64,000 nucleotides of DNA from Methanobacteriota archaeon (GTDB lineage Archaea; Thermoplasmatota; Thermoplasmata; SG8-5; JAGLSY01): positions 98,394 to 162,393 of the forward strand of contig JAEHCO010000001.1 in NCBI GenBank assembly GCA_020697715.1, in the 5' to 3' direction. Shown piece by piece: positions 54,365 through 63,011 of this stretch. The position numbers and the translations under genes are program-made. Under the pieces are notes generated by a model. That model was not told the DNA's origin. It did no database searches and was given only the letters and a program-made list of their open reading frames with translations. How positions within the stretch are numbered: position 1 is the first letter of the stretch; every line of letters starts with the position of its first letter.

Positions 54365-55333
54365 TCACTCTCCCAATGTCTTTAAAGCGCTTTCTGTGAA
54401 TATGGTCAATCTTCCTGGATCCCCACCGGGAGCTAGTAGCTCCACGCTTAACTGTGCTGGCGTAGCGACATCCACTCCAGGGATGTTTCTCACACACTTT
54501 GCAACATTGTCTTTCTCAGAGACTACGAAAAGAATGCTCGTTGGCCTCTTGTAACGCCTGCCTCTCATCTTGCCTTTCCCAGCCCTGACATGCTTACCAT
54601 CTATTGAACGCTGGATCTCATCTCCCAATCCAAGATCATTGAGGATCTTAATTGTCTCTTTTGTGAATTTCTGGTCCTCTTTATTTGGATTGTCCTTTAC
54701 TATATCTACTGAAAGGGATTCGAATCTGTCCTCGATAACAAGTGGGAGGGTCATTTCATCAGTTATCCTATGTCCCCTTGCCTTTACCACATCAGGGTTC
54801 ATCAATGCAGCCAATGCGGAATTCAGAGCCAGTCTCTTTTCCTTTTTATTGATCTTCTGTGACCAATCCTTCTCAGGTCTTGGAGGGTGTGCTCTTCGAC
54901 CACCGACATTTGGTGGTGATTCGACTGCTGTTCTTCCCTGGGTCATCCTCTGAACCCTGGCTGTTCCACGGCCCTTGCCCCATTGTGACGCGGCATGCCT
55001 CATACCTGCCATTTGACCTGGCCCATATGGCTGTCTTCTGTTTCCCTGTGCGGCCTTCACTGCCCTTCTTATGAGGTCAGGTCTCAGGTCGCTCTGGAAT
55101 ACTGTTGGTAGGTCTGCTTGGCGAAGTACACTTCCACCCAGTGAATAAACATTAACAGTTGGTCCGGTTGACTTCTTGGCCTTTGGTTTGGAAGCCTGCT
55201 TTTTAACGGCCTTCTTTTTTGGTGCGGCCTTGGTCACTGGTTTGGCAGTTGCCTTAGCTGCTGTCTTTGGTGCAGCTTTGGTATCTGGTTTAGCTGCTGC
55301 CTTGGTCTTGGTTGTCTTGGTTTCTTCAGCCAT
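54365..55333 (-). CDS. rpl4: 50S ribosomal protein uL4 with ~60-aa Lys/Ala/Thr/Pro-rich N-terminal extension
   Basis: uL4 core preceded by MAEETKTTKTKAAAKPDTKAAPKTAAKATAKPVTKAAPKKKAVKK... Confidence 0.85.
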   Translation of the reverse strand: MAEETKTTKTKAAAKPDTKAAPKTAAKATAKPVTKAAPKKKAVKKQASKPKAKKSTGPTVNVYSLGGSVLRQADLPTVFQSDLRPDLIRRAVKAAQGNRRQPYGPGQMAGMRHAASQWGKGRGTARVQRMTQGRTAVESPPNVGGRRAHPPRPEKDWSQKINKKEKRLALNSALAALMNPDVVKARGHRITDEMTLPLVIEDRFESLSVDIVKDNPNKEDQKFTKETIKILNDLGLGDEIQRSIDGKHVRAGKGKMRGRRYKRPTSILFVVSEKDNVAKCVRNIPGVDVATPAQLSVELLAPGGDPGRLTIFTESALKTLGE

Positions 55334-55338
55334 TTATC

Positions 55339-56349
55339 TCAGCCTCCCTGTTTTGATTCTGTTGAAATGTAGGTCAACTCAGGTGACTCCACCTTTGCAG
55401 CCCACTGAGATCTCGTTGGATCCCTGAACCTTATCAATCTCTTTATTGGACCTGGAACAGATCCATGAAGTATAATGTATGAATTATTGACAACACCATA
55501 GTGAAGGAATCCACCATTCGGGGTTATCTCACTTCCATCTGACCCGACCTTCAACACCCTCTTGTTGTACTCGGTCCTCTGGTGATATCCCATCTGACCT
55601 GCCTGAGGTACAGTTGGCCTGACATACCCTGGACTCTTTGGACCCAGTGTACCGATCATTCTTCGGTGCTTGCTGTTCTTGTGATCCAGAAGCTTAACTC
55701 CCCATCTCTTTGTGTGACCCTGGAAACCATATCCAGTTGTAACAGCTGCAACATCTATCATGTCACCACCCTTTGTCCATTCCTCGATAGTGATCTCTTT
55801 ACCCAGGATGGATTTCGCATATTCCACCCTCTCGGAGATGGTTCCACCGCCGATCCTGGTCTCCATAAGCTCTGGAGTTTTCTTTGGGATCCCTGAGACT
55901 AGTTTTGGCATGGTCTGGACAAGTATTCGAACATCTTCCAGATCGACCTCATTGAAGTCAAAATTAGTACCTTTTCCTTTTGCTGGCACAGGCACTCTTC
56001 GGCTCAGTTCCTTATCAAGCTTTTTGGCCCATATCTGACCCATGGTCTTCATGCCATAGGCATCCCTGCGGTAGAACTTGATCGCCACCACTTTCATTGG
56101 CGGTGTTTCTATAACCGTTATAGGGACCTGGACCTCTTGTCCAGATGTCGTGCTCTTTGGCCTGTAATCTACTACAAAAGCATGGCTCATTCCAGCCTTG
56201 TATCCTGCAAATCCCTGTATCCTGGGACCCTCTTTGCATTCAGGCCATGAGCTAAACTTGGGTGTTTCGTTCCTGGCCCTCTTCCTTGGTGAGTAGCCCC
56301 TAGAACCCTTCTTAGGTCTATTTGGATGTGACATATTTAATTCCTCCAT
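55339..56349 (-). CDS. rpl3: 50S ribosomal protein uL3
   Basis: uL3 consensus. First gene of the cluster, with a ~390-nt leader upstream. Confidence 0.9.
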   Translation of the reverse strand: MEELNMSHPNRPKKGSRGYSPRKRARNETPKFSSWPECKEGPRIQGFAGYKAGMSHAFVVDYRPKSTTSGQEVQVPITVIETPPMKVVAIKFYRRDAYGMKTMGQIWAKKLDKELSRRVPVPAKGKGTNFDFNEVDLEDVRILVQTMPKLVSGIPKKTPELMETRIGGGTISERVEYAKSILGKEITIEEWTKGGDMIDVAAVTTGYGFQGHTKRWGVKLLDHKNSKHRRMIGTLGPKSPGYVRPTVPQAGQMGYHQRTEYNKRVLKVGSDGSEITPNGGFLHYGVVNNSYIILHGSVPGPIKRLIRFRDPTRSQWAAKVESPELTYISTESKQGG

Positions 56350-56741
56350 TTCATTTCGGAATTTTGCTTATACGAATCGGATTCGCATAACCAATTCACC
56401 TCCTAAATCAATAGGAGATTTTGAGCATCACCTTTCGACCGTGACGATTCAATCACCCTCCAAAAACCCATCGTTTGGGGGCGCGCTGGGTATGTTTCCA
56501 TTAACCCATATCGTGTGGTCGAGTAAGCGGCGTAAATCAGATGCATTTTACATCTGGCAAACACACTGCTCTATTCTATGGTACTTTCAGGGCATACTGC
56601 TTTTGTATTTAAAGATATGGGTCATTTCATAGTAATTAATTAAAATATATAATGTGATTATTCAAATATACTATATATATAGGGGAAAAGGCATCAATAA
56701 TAAAAAAGTATTTATGCCCGAAGAACAAGGGGGTCTTCCCT

Positions 56742-57140
56742 ATGGAAGAGCTAAAGAAAATATTGTTCATTTGTGTTGGTAATTCGTGCAGGAGCCAGAT
56801 GGCTGAAGGTTTTGCGAATTATTATGGCAAAGATAAGGTCACCACAAGCAGTGCGGGCACACGACCAGCTCACTCAGTCAACTTGCAAGCAGTGGAGGTC
56901 ATGAAAGAGCGAGGCATCGACATATCCGCCCACGAGCCAGACCTTATAACTGTCGGCCTTTTGGAGGAAGCTGACATCATTATCTCGATGGGATGCGGGG
57001 TGCAGGAATCATGTCCAGTGCCTCTTGTAGACTGTGAGGATTGGGGACTGGAAGATCCATATGGCCAGTCCGATGACAAATACCGTGAGATAAGGGATCT
57101 GATCGAGGAATTGGTGAAAGAACTTATTCGGAATTTATAA
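56742..57140 (+). CDS. arsC: arsenate reductase (ArsC, thioredoxin-coupled) / low-molecular-weight protein-tyrosine-phosphatase family
   Basis: CX5R P-loop LFICVGNSCRSQMAEG, ~130 aa, with an AAGGGGGT SD. Confidence 0.7.
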   Translation: MEELKKILFICVGNSCRSQMAEGFANYYGKDKVTTSSAGTRPAHSVNLQAVEVMKERGIDISAHEPDLITVGLLEEADIIISMGCGVQESCPVPLVDCEDWGLEDPYGQSDDKYREIRDLIEELVKELIRNL

Positions 57141-57166
57141 TAAAAAAGGTGCTTCCGGCGGAATTC
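57141..57166 (-). repeat. partial tandem copy (~25 nt, 1 mismatch) of the tRNA-Glu 3' end plus its oligo-T trailer
   Basis: aaaaaaggtgcttccggcggaatt at 57141-57166 versus aaaaaagatgcttccggcggaatt at 57246-57271. Confidence 0.5.
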
Positions 57167-57254
57167 ATCAACTTGGCTGGCTAACCAAGTCTCGCTCGCA
57201 ATTATCATTGCTCGTGAATCTACGATCCAAATCCGCCTATTAAAGAAAAAAAGA

Positions 57255-57327
57255 TGCTTCCGGCGGAATTTGAATCCGCGTCGAAGCCTCGAGAGGGCTT
57301 CATGATTGGCCACTACACTACGGAAGC
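57255..57327 (-). tRNA. tRNA-Glu (anticodon CTC)
   Basis: Manual fold of the minus strand: acceptor GCTTCCG/CGGAAGC, D region GTGTAGTGGCCAATCAT typical of archaeal tRNA-Glu, anticodon stem AAGCC/GGCTT with loop CTCTCGA, T arm GCGGA-TTCAAAT-TCCGC, discriminator A. No CCA, and an oligo-T trailer. Confidence 0.8.
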
Positions 57328-57428
57328 ATATCTGATCATTCTATTTAGGCGGTAATCCCATTGATTACTTAAGATTTACTTATCATCAAGGAATAGTTTT
57401 TAGTATCCCCTCCAACTCACCCCATCCT

Positions 57429-58385
57429 ATGGACACCACCATGCTCTGCGTGCTGAACTCGGAAGAACTGGCCTCCAAATTGGGAAAGAAAGGATCAGAG
57501 ACAGATATGACCCTCTACAATCTCAAGAAGGATGATAAATCCCTGACAGTGGCCAGCCCGACAAAATATCCCGAGAAACTACCACCACTTCTTTATTCAT
57601 TATATCTTGGAGAAGAAGTTATCATGGTCATCGACAAGCTGGACAGGACCATCGGGGAGATGATGGTCGCGTGCCAAGTTATGGGCAAACAAAAAGGCAT
57701 GATAATTCTGGATAATTATATCGCGCCAGACCAGATCAAACCGCTGATCAAGGACACTGTTCTGGAGAACTGGGAGATGGTGGAAGGCATGCCGGACCCG
57801 AACATCATGCGAGAAGGGCTTTTGGAAAAGGAGCCAGTTGTTCGCGAGGGGCCCACAAGAGTTAGTGTGGACCAGTCCTTCCCTGTAAAAGGACTGGGTA
57901 CTGTGAGTCTCGGATTGGTTGACCAGGGCATTGTGAAGAAACATCAGAACCTCATGGTGCTGCCAGGTGGCAAAAAATCAATAGTTCGTTCTATCCAGGT
58001 TCATGATAATGATGTCAATGACGCGGGGTCTGGATCCCGTGTGGGACTGGTTCTGAAAAATGTAGAGCCAGATGATGTCAGGCGAGGATCGGTCCTGGCT
58101 GAAGAAGGAGTGCTGAAGGTGGCCGACACCCTGAAGCTGAAGGTCATGATCAGTCCCTTCTGGCGCAATGTGTTGAAGGACGGAATGGCCATCCACATGT
58201 CATCCGGGATGCAGTTCAATGCGTGCACGATATCCATGAGCGGGGAGCTTAAAGCCGGGGAAGAAGGCGAGGTGACGGTGAAGCTGGACAATCCCTTTGT
58301 CTATGATGATTCGGACAAGATGGCACTGAGCTGGCTGGAGTCCACTGGCCCCAGGGTGATCGGCAGCTGTACTGTTATTGAGTAG
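57429..58385 (+). CDS. EF-Tu/EF-1alpha-like protein with degenerate G domain (translational-GTPase paralog)
   Basis: The central region FPVKGLGTVSLGLVDQGIVKKHQNLMVLPGGKKSIVRSIQVHDNDVNDAGSGSRVGLVLKNVEPDDVRRGSVLAE is a clear EF-Tu domain-II beta-barrel. The N-terminal ~130 aa lack canonical G1 (GxxxxGKS/T) and NKxD motifs. Confidence 0.55.
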   Translation: MDTTMLCVLNSEELASKLGKKGSETDMTLYNLKKDDKSLTVASPTKYPEKLPPLLYSLYLGEEVIMVIDKLDRTIGEMMVACQVMGKQKGMIILDNYIAPDQIKPLIKDTVLENWEMVEGMPDPNIMREGLLEKEPVVREGPTRVSVDQSFPVKGLGTVSLGLVDQGIVKKHQNLMVLPGGKKSIVRSIQVHDNDVNDAGSGSRVGLVLKNVEPDDVRRGSVLAEEGVLKVADTLKLKVMISPFWRNVLKDGMAIHMSSGMQFNACTISMSGELKAGEEGEVTVKLDNPFVYDDSDKMALSWLESTGPRVIGSCTVIE

Positions 58386-58453
58386 AAATGTTTGATACTG
58401 GCTTCTGAGTAAGTTTTATAAATCGCCAATGTATATTCTGCATTGGTGAGAAG

Positions 58454-59011
58454 ATGCAAAAGATGAACAAGTCCACAAATTTTCGATTCAGATCCCTGGG
58501 TGAGGACGAGATAAAGAAGATCCATGAATATCAGAACTCGGAATTGGGTTTCGAGATATCACAATTCTTTGACATGGATCAAGACTGGATACCTTGCACG
58601 GAGGAAGCTATCAAGGACAAGGTCAAAGATATCGACAAGAATGATAATAACCATGTTTTCGCAGTTTGGGAAGAGACCGATCTCATTGGCCTGGCAATTA
58701 TTTATTCAGACTGGGATCCTTTATGTCCAGTTGCCTATGTGTTCATCTGGCCAGAGTTCAGAAGAAGAGGTCATGGCAAGAAATTGGCCAATATCTTTCT
58801 TGACAAACTTTTCAATAATTATCACGGCCACAAGGTCTCTGTTGGCACTCCGAGTTATTACAAGCCAGGATTGAAATTCATCCAAACCCTGGGCTTCAAA
58901 CCAGCTGGCAAAATGAGACGTACCAGCATCCATGAGGGGAAGTACGCTGATTGGGTCTGTTTCGATATGCTGAAGACGGAATTCAATGATCATCAAGGCA
59001 GGGGGGTCTAA
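58454..59011 (+). CDS. GNAT-family N-acetyltransferase
   Basis: Motif A IWPEFRRRGHGKKLANIFL (R..G.G) and a ~185-aa size. Confidence 0.7.
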   Translation: MQKMNKSTNFRFRSLGEDEIKKIHEYQNSELGFEISQFFDMDQDWIPCTEEAIKDKVKDIDKNDNNHVFAVWEETDLIGLAIIYSDWDPLCPVAYVFIWPEFRRRGHGKKLANIFLDKLFNNYHGHKVSVGTPSYYKPGLKFIQTLGFKPAGKMRRTSIHEGKYADWVCFDMLKTEFNDHQGRGV

Positions 59012-59012
59012 T

Positions 59013-59579
59013 ATGGAAAAATTAGAAGGGGAATTAGTGAGATTGAGACCGCCAAAAGAAGAGGATTGGCCCTATCTGGCAGATATGAAGAACGATCTGA
59101 AGACGCAGGGATGGAACCAGCGCCTGCCTCCAACCTTCACCCCCGAGATGCTGGAGGAGAAGAACAAAAAGGGCAAAGAAAGGAAGAACTCGGCCAATCT
59201 AGCCATCGAAACTCACGATGGTGAACTCATTGGCACGATCAGTTATTCTGAAGAGCCAGCTAGACTTGCGGCCAGCTTCGGCATCACTACGGGAAAAGAG
59301 CACTGGGGCAAGGGTTATGCAAAAGAAGCGCAGGAAATATTGCTCCATTTCCTGTTCATCGAGAGGGGACTGCACGTGGTCCGACTGTGGACCCAGACTG
59401 GATTTCCATGGGCGGAGAAAGCAGCTACCAAATTGGGATTCAAGATCGCCTGCAGGTTCCGGGAGGACAGCATAATCGGTGGAAAATATGTTGACTGTCT
59501 TTGCATGGACATGATCCGAGAAGAATATTTCGAACTAAGGGGGCTGGATGATCCACTGCCACCTAGAAATATCCAATAG
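59013..59579 (+). CDS. GNAT-family N-acetyltransferase (RimJ/RimL-like)
   Basis: EHWGKGYAKEAQEILLHFLF motif A region. Start taken at ATG 59013, 2 nt after the upstream stop; the track start 58986 overlaps the upstream gene. Confidence 0.7.
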   Translation: MEKLEGELVRLRPPKEEDWPYLADMKNDLKTQGWNQRLPPTFTPEMLEEKNKKGKERKNSANLAIETHDGELIGTISYSEEPARLAASFGITTGKEHWGKGYAKEAQEILLHFLFIERGLHVVRLWTQTGFPWAEKAATKLGFKIACRFREDSIIGGKYVDCLCMDMIREEYFELRGLDDPLPPRNIQ

Positions 59580-61113
59580 GCACCATATTCCCGATGTTCA
59601 GAAGAAGATCCGGATCGAAGATCTTCTTAATTTCCACAATTTGCATCAGGCCAGTCTTTCCATACATCAACTCCAGGTATGGAATTTCCCGGCCCTCGAC
59701 AAGCACGGTCTTCTTTCCCACACCGTGCTCGGCGGATATCGTACCACCCAATGCGATCGCTTTCTGTGCCAGTTTTAGATAAAGAGCCTTGGCACTGGCC
59801 TGTTCTTCCTTCGTGTGGGTGATGAAATTGAAATGAACATGATGGTTGCCGATATGCCCCATCATGGTATAATGCACGCCATCTCGGGGATGCTGGCTTT
59901 GGAATAATTCGCCGATATCATGATAATAGGCCATGAGCTCTACAAAGACCTCCGGGGGAACTGCAAAGTCAGTTCCCATCTTGTAGCTACCATGCTGTTT
60001 CAGATAAGCGTTCAGCTTGTCTGGCAGGGCGTGCCGGAATTCCTTCATGGCCATATTGTCTATCCGATTTCCAGCGAACCAATCATCCTGTGACCCATGC
60101 TTTTTTAGAAGGCTGGACAGGACACTGGTCATCTCCTTATCCTGTGTTGACATTTCCAAGAATATCGCGGACTTCATACCTTCCTTGATGGCCGGGAATT
60201 CTTCTCTGATAAAATCAAGAGCTGTGGAATTGAAGAATTCGATGGAAAGGATACCCCTGGCCTTCAGTAAACGAAGGTCATCGGCCAGAGCGATGGCTTG
60301 CTCCTCATCATCGAAAAATGCGATGTCGGCCAAGATCTGGCCAGGTAATTCCTCCATGGCCAGTTCTATCTCGGAAAAGATGCCGAAAAGACCCTCGCTA
60401 CCTATCAGCAGATCAACGAGGTCCATACCCGGCTGGGAATACAAGCCAGCCGCATTCTTCACATCCGGCATCTCGTAATCCGGTATCTTGATCGAAAGCA
60501 TATTACCAGCTTCTGTTTTGAATTGAATCTCACCATCCTCATTTGCTAGGTATTCATCCCTGTTTATCTGAAGTAGATCACCACTGGCCATTACCATCCG
60601 TAGGCCAGTGACCCTGCTCCTTGTCGAGCCATAATAAAAGCCTCTGGCTCCCGACGCATTGGTGGCCACATTACCACCGATCTGGGAAGTGCGCTCGGTG
60701 GGATCCGGTGGGTGGAAGAGGTCATGGGGCAGGCCATTGTCCAGGTCTATCAGAGTAAGACCTGGAGGAACTATCGCGGACTTTCTATTATTGGAAATAA
60801 GAATGCTGGCCTTGCCGGCCATCGCCTGGAATTCTATAAGATCATACCCATCTTTTGGCCGAAGCTGGATCATCCTTTCCATGGAGATCACGATGCCGCC
60901 GTGGATCGGGACTCGCGAGCCGGTTATTCCAGTACCGGCTCCTGATGTGGATATTCGAGTCTTGGAAGAGCTGGCATCCTGCATTATCTGGATGATATCC
61001 TTCTCATTTTCTGGAAAATAAACCGCACCGACGCCATCGACTGGCGCATGATGTATATTGGCCTCATCCGTGAGATAGTCCAGAATTTCCTCCTTTTCCC
61101 TTTTGATATCCAT
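59563..61113 (-). CDS. FAD-linked oxidase (PCMH-type FAD-binding; D-lactate dehydrogenase/glycolate oxidase GlcD-like)
   Basis: FAD-binding domain (..HAPVDGVGAVYFPENEKDIIQIMQ...ISTSGAGTGITGS.VP..GGIVISMERM) and a C-terminal oxidase domain. The track ORF extends to 61647, but that N-terminal 178 aa are antisense to a plausible + gene, so the start is set at MDIKREKEE. Confidence 0.75.
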   Translation of the reverse strand: MDIKREKEEILDYLTDEANIHHAPVDGVGAVYFPENEKDIIQIMQDASSSKTRISTSGAGTGITGSRVPIHGGIVISMERMIQLRPKDGYDLIEFQAMAGKASILISNNRKSAIVPPGLTLIDLDNGLPHDLFHPPDPTERTSQIGGNVATNASGARGFYYGSTRSRVTGLRMVMASGDLLQINRDEYLANEDGEIQFKTEAGNMLSIKIPDYEMPDVKNAAGLYSQPGMDLVDLLIGSEGLFGIFSEIELAMEELPGQILADIAFFDDEEQAIALADDLRLLKARGILSIEFFNSTALDFIREEFPAIKEGMKSAIFLEMSTQDKEMTSVLSSLLKKHGSQDDWFAGNRIDNMAMKEFRHALPDKLNAYLKQHGSYKMGTDFAVPPEVFVELMAYYHDIGELFQSQHPRDGVHYTMMGHIGNHHVHFNFITHTKEEQASAKALYLKLAQKAIALGGTISAEHGVGKKTVLVEGREIPYLELMYGKTGLMQIVEIKKIFDPDLLLNIGNMVPIGYF

Positions 61114-61177
61114 TGACCCGCTATAGCCCGATCTCTCTAAATATTTTTTTATCGTGTGGGCGCATACGCATTGGATA

Positions 61178-61822
61178 ATGATAGTGTGCGAGCTGTGCGG
61201 GGAAGAAGTTCCAAAGGGATCTGACAAGTGCTCCAGATGTGGATTCGATTTCCCGTCTGAAGTGACATCGGACACCCGCGACCAGGCCATACTCAGTAAG
61301 AATGATGGTAGGGAAGCCAGTGATATTAAAAAAGGACTGGCAGAGCGTTTTTCCAAGTACATTTCCTTTTTCGAGAACATGGATCCGAACAGCATCAGAC
61401 CAGGTGAGTTCTCGTCCTTCGTGGAGGAAGCGGTATCCCATCTCCACATACCGGCGACGATCGAGCTGGATGATGATATAAAATTCAATGACAAAGAAAA
61501 GCAGGTCATCCTGGTGATATCCAGAAGATTGCTTGACCCAGACGCACTCGAGCTTGTTTCCCGAGTGCGGACAAGGACGATGATCATGCTGGCCAACGGC
61601 CTATACTCGCTCGAAATGCCGGCAGAATCGATGCAAATGGTGAACATGGCCGTCCACCGGGACCCGAAGGATATGGACGCTCTTTACGGCAAGGCGAAGA
61701 TCCTACTATTTGAGAAGAAGTACGCGGCCTCGAAAAGATGCCTGGAAAAGATAATCAACAGGCAGCCAGATAGGGACGAGGCGAAGTACCTGCTGGAGAT
61801 GATAGAGCAGATTAGCGGTTAA
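61178..61822 (+). CDS. zinc-ribbon plus TPR-like helical-repeat protein (hypothetical)
   Basis: N-terminal CELCGEEVPKGSDKCSRCG and a C-terminal helical region (..ALYGKAKILLFEKKYAASKRCLEKIINRQPD..). Start chosen at MIVCELCGE. Confidence 0.45.
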   Translation: MIVCELCGEEVPKGSDKCSRCGFDFPSEVTSDTRDQAILSKNDGREASDIKKGLAERFSKYISFFENMDPNSIRPGEFSSFVEEAVSHLHIPATIELDDDIKFNDKEKQVILVISRRLLDPDALELVSRVRTRTMIMLANGLYSLEMPAESMQMVNMAVHRDPKDMDALYGKAKILLFEKKYAASKRCLEKIINRQPDRDEAKYLLEMIEQISG

Positions 61823-62570
61823 GAGTATATTCTGAGAAATCCTCAGCCATCAATTGACTTTTCTTTCTCCGTTTCATTGAGAAGTACATAATCAAAACAA
61901 TTATAATTAATGAGCTTGTACAACATAACCAGCCAACCCAATAATTTGGATTTTGACCTTCCCATTGAATCTCAAGTATCTCTCCTGTATTAGCATCAAT
62001 GATTACATCGCAGGATACTCTATTACATGGAATATCAAAACCAAGCCCACTGCAATATAATTGAGAAATCGAACAATTCCATATTGGAGTGGAGGTGTTT
62101 ACATACATCTCAAGGTTAAATCTACCACTAGGATCTGGAGCCTCAATAAGAAATTCATTGAATGTTTCATTTTCTTGTAATATGCGCCATAACTGGTCAC
62201 TATCAATTGACCAGTTATGAATGGGCACTCTGTTCGAATTATCTACCCCAATATACCCAGGTTCATTTTTAATTGTATTGTTCTGATAAACGACAATGCG
62301 TGTTTGATTAGTGGAGTTGGTAAAAATATATTCATCAGTATAATAGAACGTGAAACCAAATACATCATAGCTCTTTCCTTGGTGATAATATAATCCGACC
62401 AGTGTAGCATTTTCATCCCAATTTTTGGCATATTCATCTGCAATGATCTTCTTATCCATAGCGGTTTTTTCATCGTCTGCTGAAGTAAAATATGGAATAG
62501 CTAGTGATCCAAATATAAGAATACAAATGATCAATACACATGAAATTATTCTTTTATTCTCTTCCACCAA
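61812..62570 (-). CDS. hypothetical membrane-anchored secreted protein (AT-rich gene)
   Basis: N-terminal TM/signal ISCVLIICILIFGSLAIPYF, C-terminal TM VGWLCCTSSLIIIVLIMYF + RRKK, and several N-x-S/T sequons. Markedly AT-rich relative to its neighbours. Confidence 0.45.
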   Translation of the reverse strand: MVEENKRIISCVLIICILIFGSLAIPYFTSADDEKTAMDKKIIADEYAKNWDENATLVGLYYHQGKSYDVFGFTFYYTDEYIFTNSTNQTRIVVYQNNTIKNEPGYIGVDNSNRVPIHNWSIDSDQLWRILQENETFNEFLIEAPDPSGRFNLEMYVNTSTPIWNCSISQLYCSGLGFDIPCNRVSCDVIIDANTGEILEIQWEGQNPNYWVGWLCCTSSLIIIVLIMYFSMKRRKKSQLMAEDFSEYTLNR

Positions 62571-62649
62571 CTAATCCTCCACTTGCATTAACGGAAAAGG
62601 AAGGCTTGCTTAAATGCCTTGTGTTATGATATACCAATCATATCCACTC

Positions 62650-62925
62650 CGAGCAGGCCAATGGGGGAAGGGATTGGCCAGAGAGGAGTGGGGTGGGGGG
62701 ATTGTCGATATTTTGGGGTGGGCGATTCAGGGGTTTGACCATTCTATTGAGGGTGTGTCGTGTTCGTTTGTTATGTGGGGTGAGGATAAGGACCCCGCCC
62801 CTGCGTCTCTCGGGGCGGGGCTTGATTTTCCTCCTCGCTTTCAAATGCGAGGAGTCAATCTTCCTACTGGCACATCGCAACTGTCACTCACTGAGATATA
62901 GAATATAGTACCCCGCCCTAATGAA
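62650..62925. other. GC-rich, G-tract-rich intergenic island with three perfect hairpins (candidate structured ncRNA or regulatory element)
   Basis: Hairpins GGCCAAT-gggggaaggg-ATTGGCC (62656-62679), CCCCGCCCC-tgcgtctctc-GGGGCGGGG (62793-62820) and CTCCTCGC-tttcaaat-GCGAGGAG (62831-62854). Many GGGG tracts between 62660 and 62785, and a second CCCCGCCC at 62911. Track ORFs here overlap one another on both strands and look non-coding. Confidence 0.35.
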
Positions 62926-63011
62926 TATTCTTTGAATAGTCCAGACGGGGCATGCTCGCACTGGTTCGAACATACATTGTTGGGAATGTGCTTTGTAGAG
63001 AATATGCTGGC

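Noticed and set aside
57141-57250. Attempt to fold 57141-57250 (minus) as a second tRNA or C/D-box sRNA
   Set aside because: No acceptor-stem partner for the 3' fragment, no cloverleaf, and no C/D boxes in the proper order. It is reported as a partial duplication instead.
59563-61647. 694-aa track ORF for the FAD-linked oxidase
   Set aside because: The first 178 aa (MFTICIDSAGISS..., Ser-rich) are antisense to the plausible Zn-ribbon/TPR gene on the + strand and carry no oxidase homology. The start was reset to MDIKREKEE at 61113.
62614-62908. Three overlapping track ORFs (62614..62901 +, 62638..62880 -, 62693..62908 +)
   Set aside because: They overlap one another in a GC-rich hairpin-dense segment, with Gly/Arg/Pro-rich nonsense translations. 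More likely RNA or regulatory DNA.
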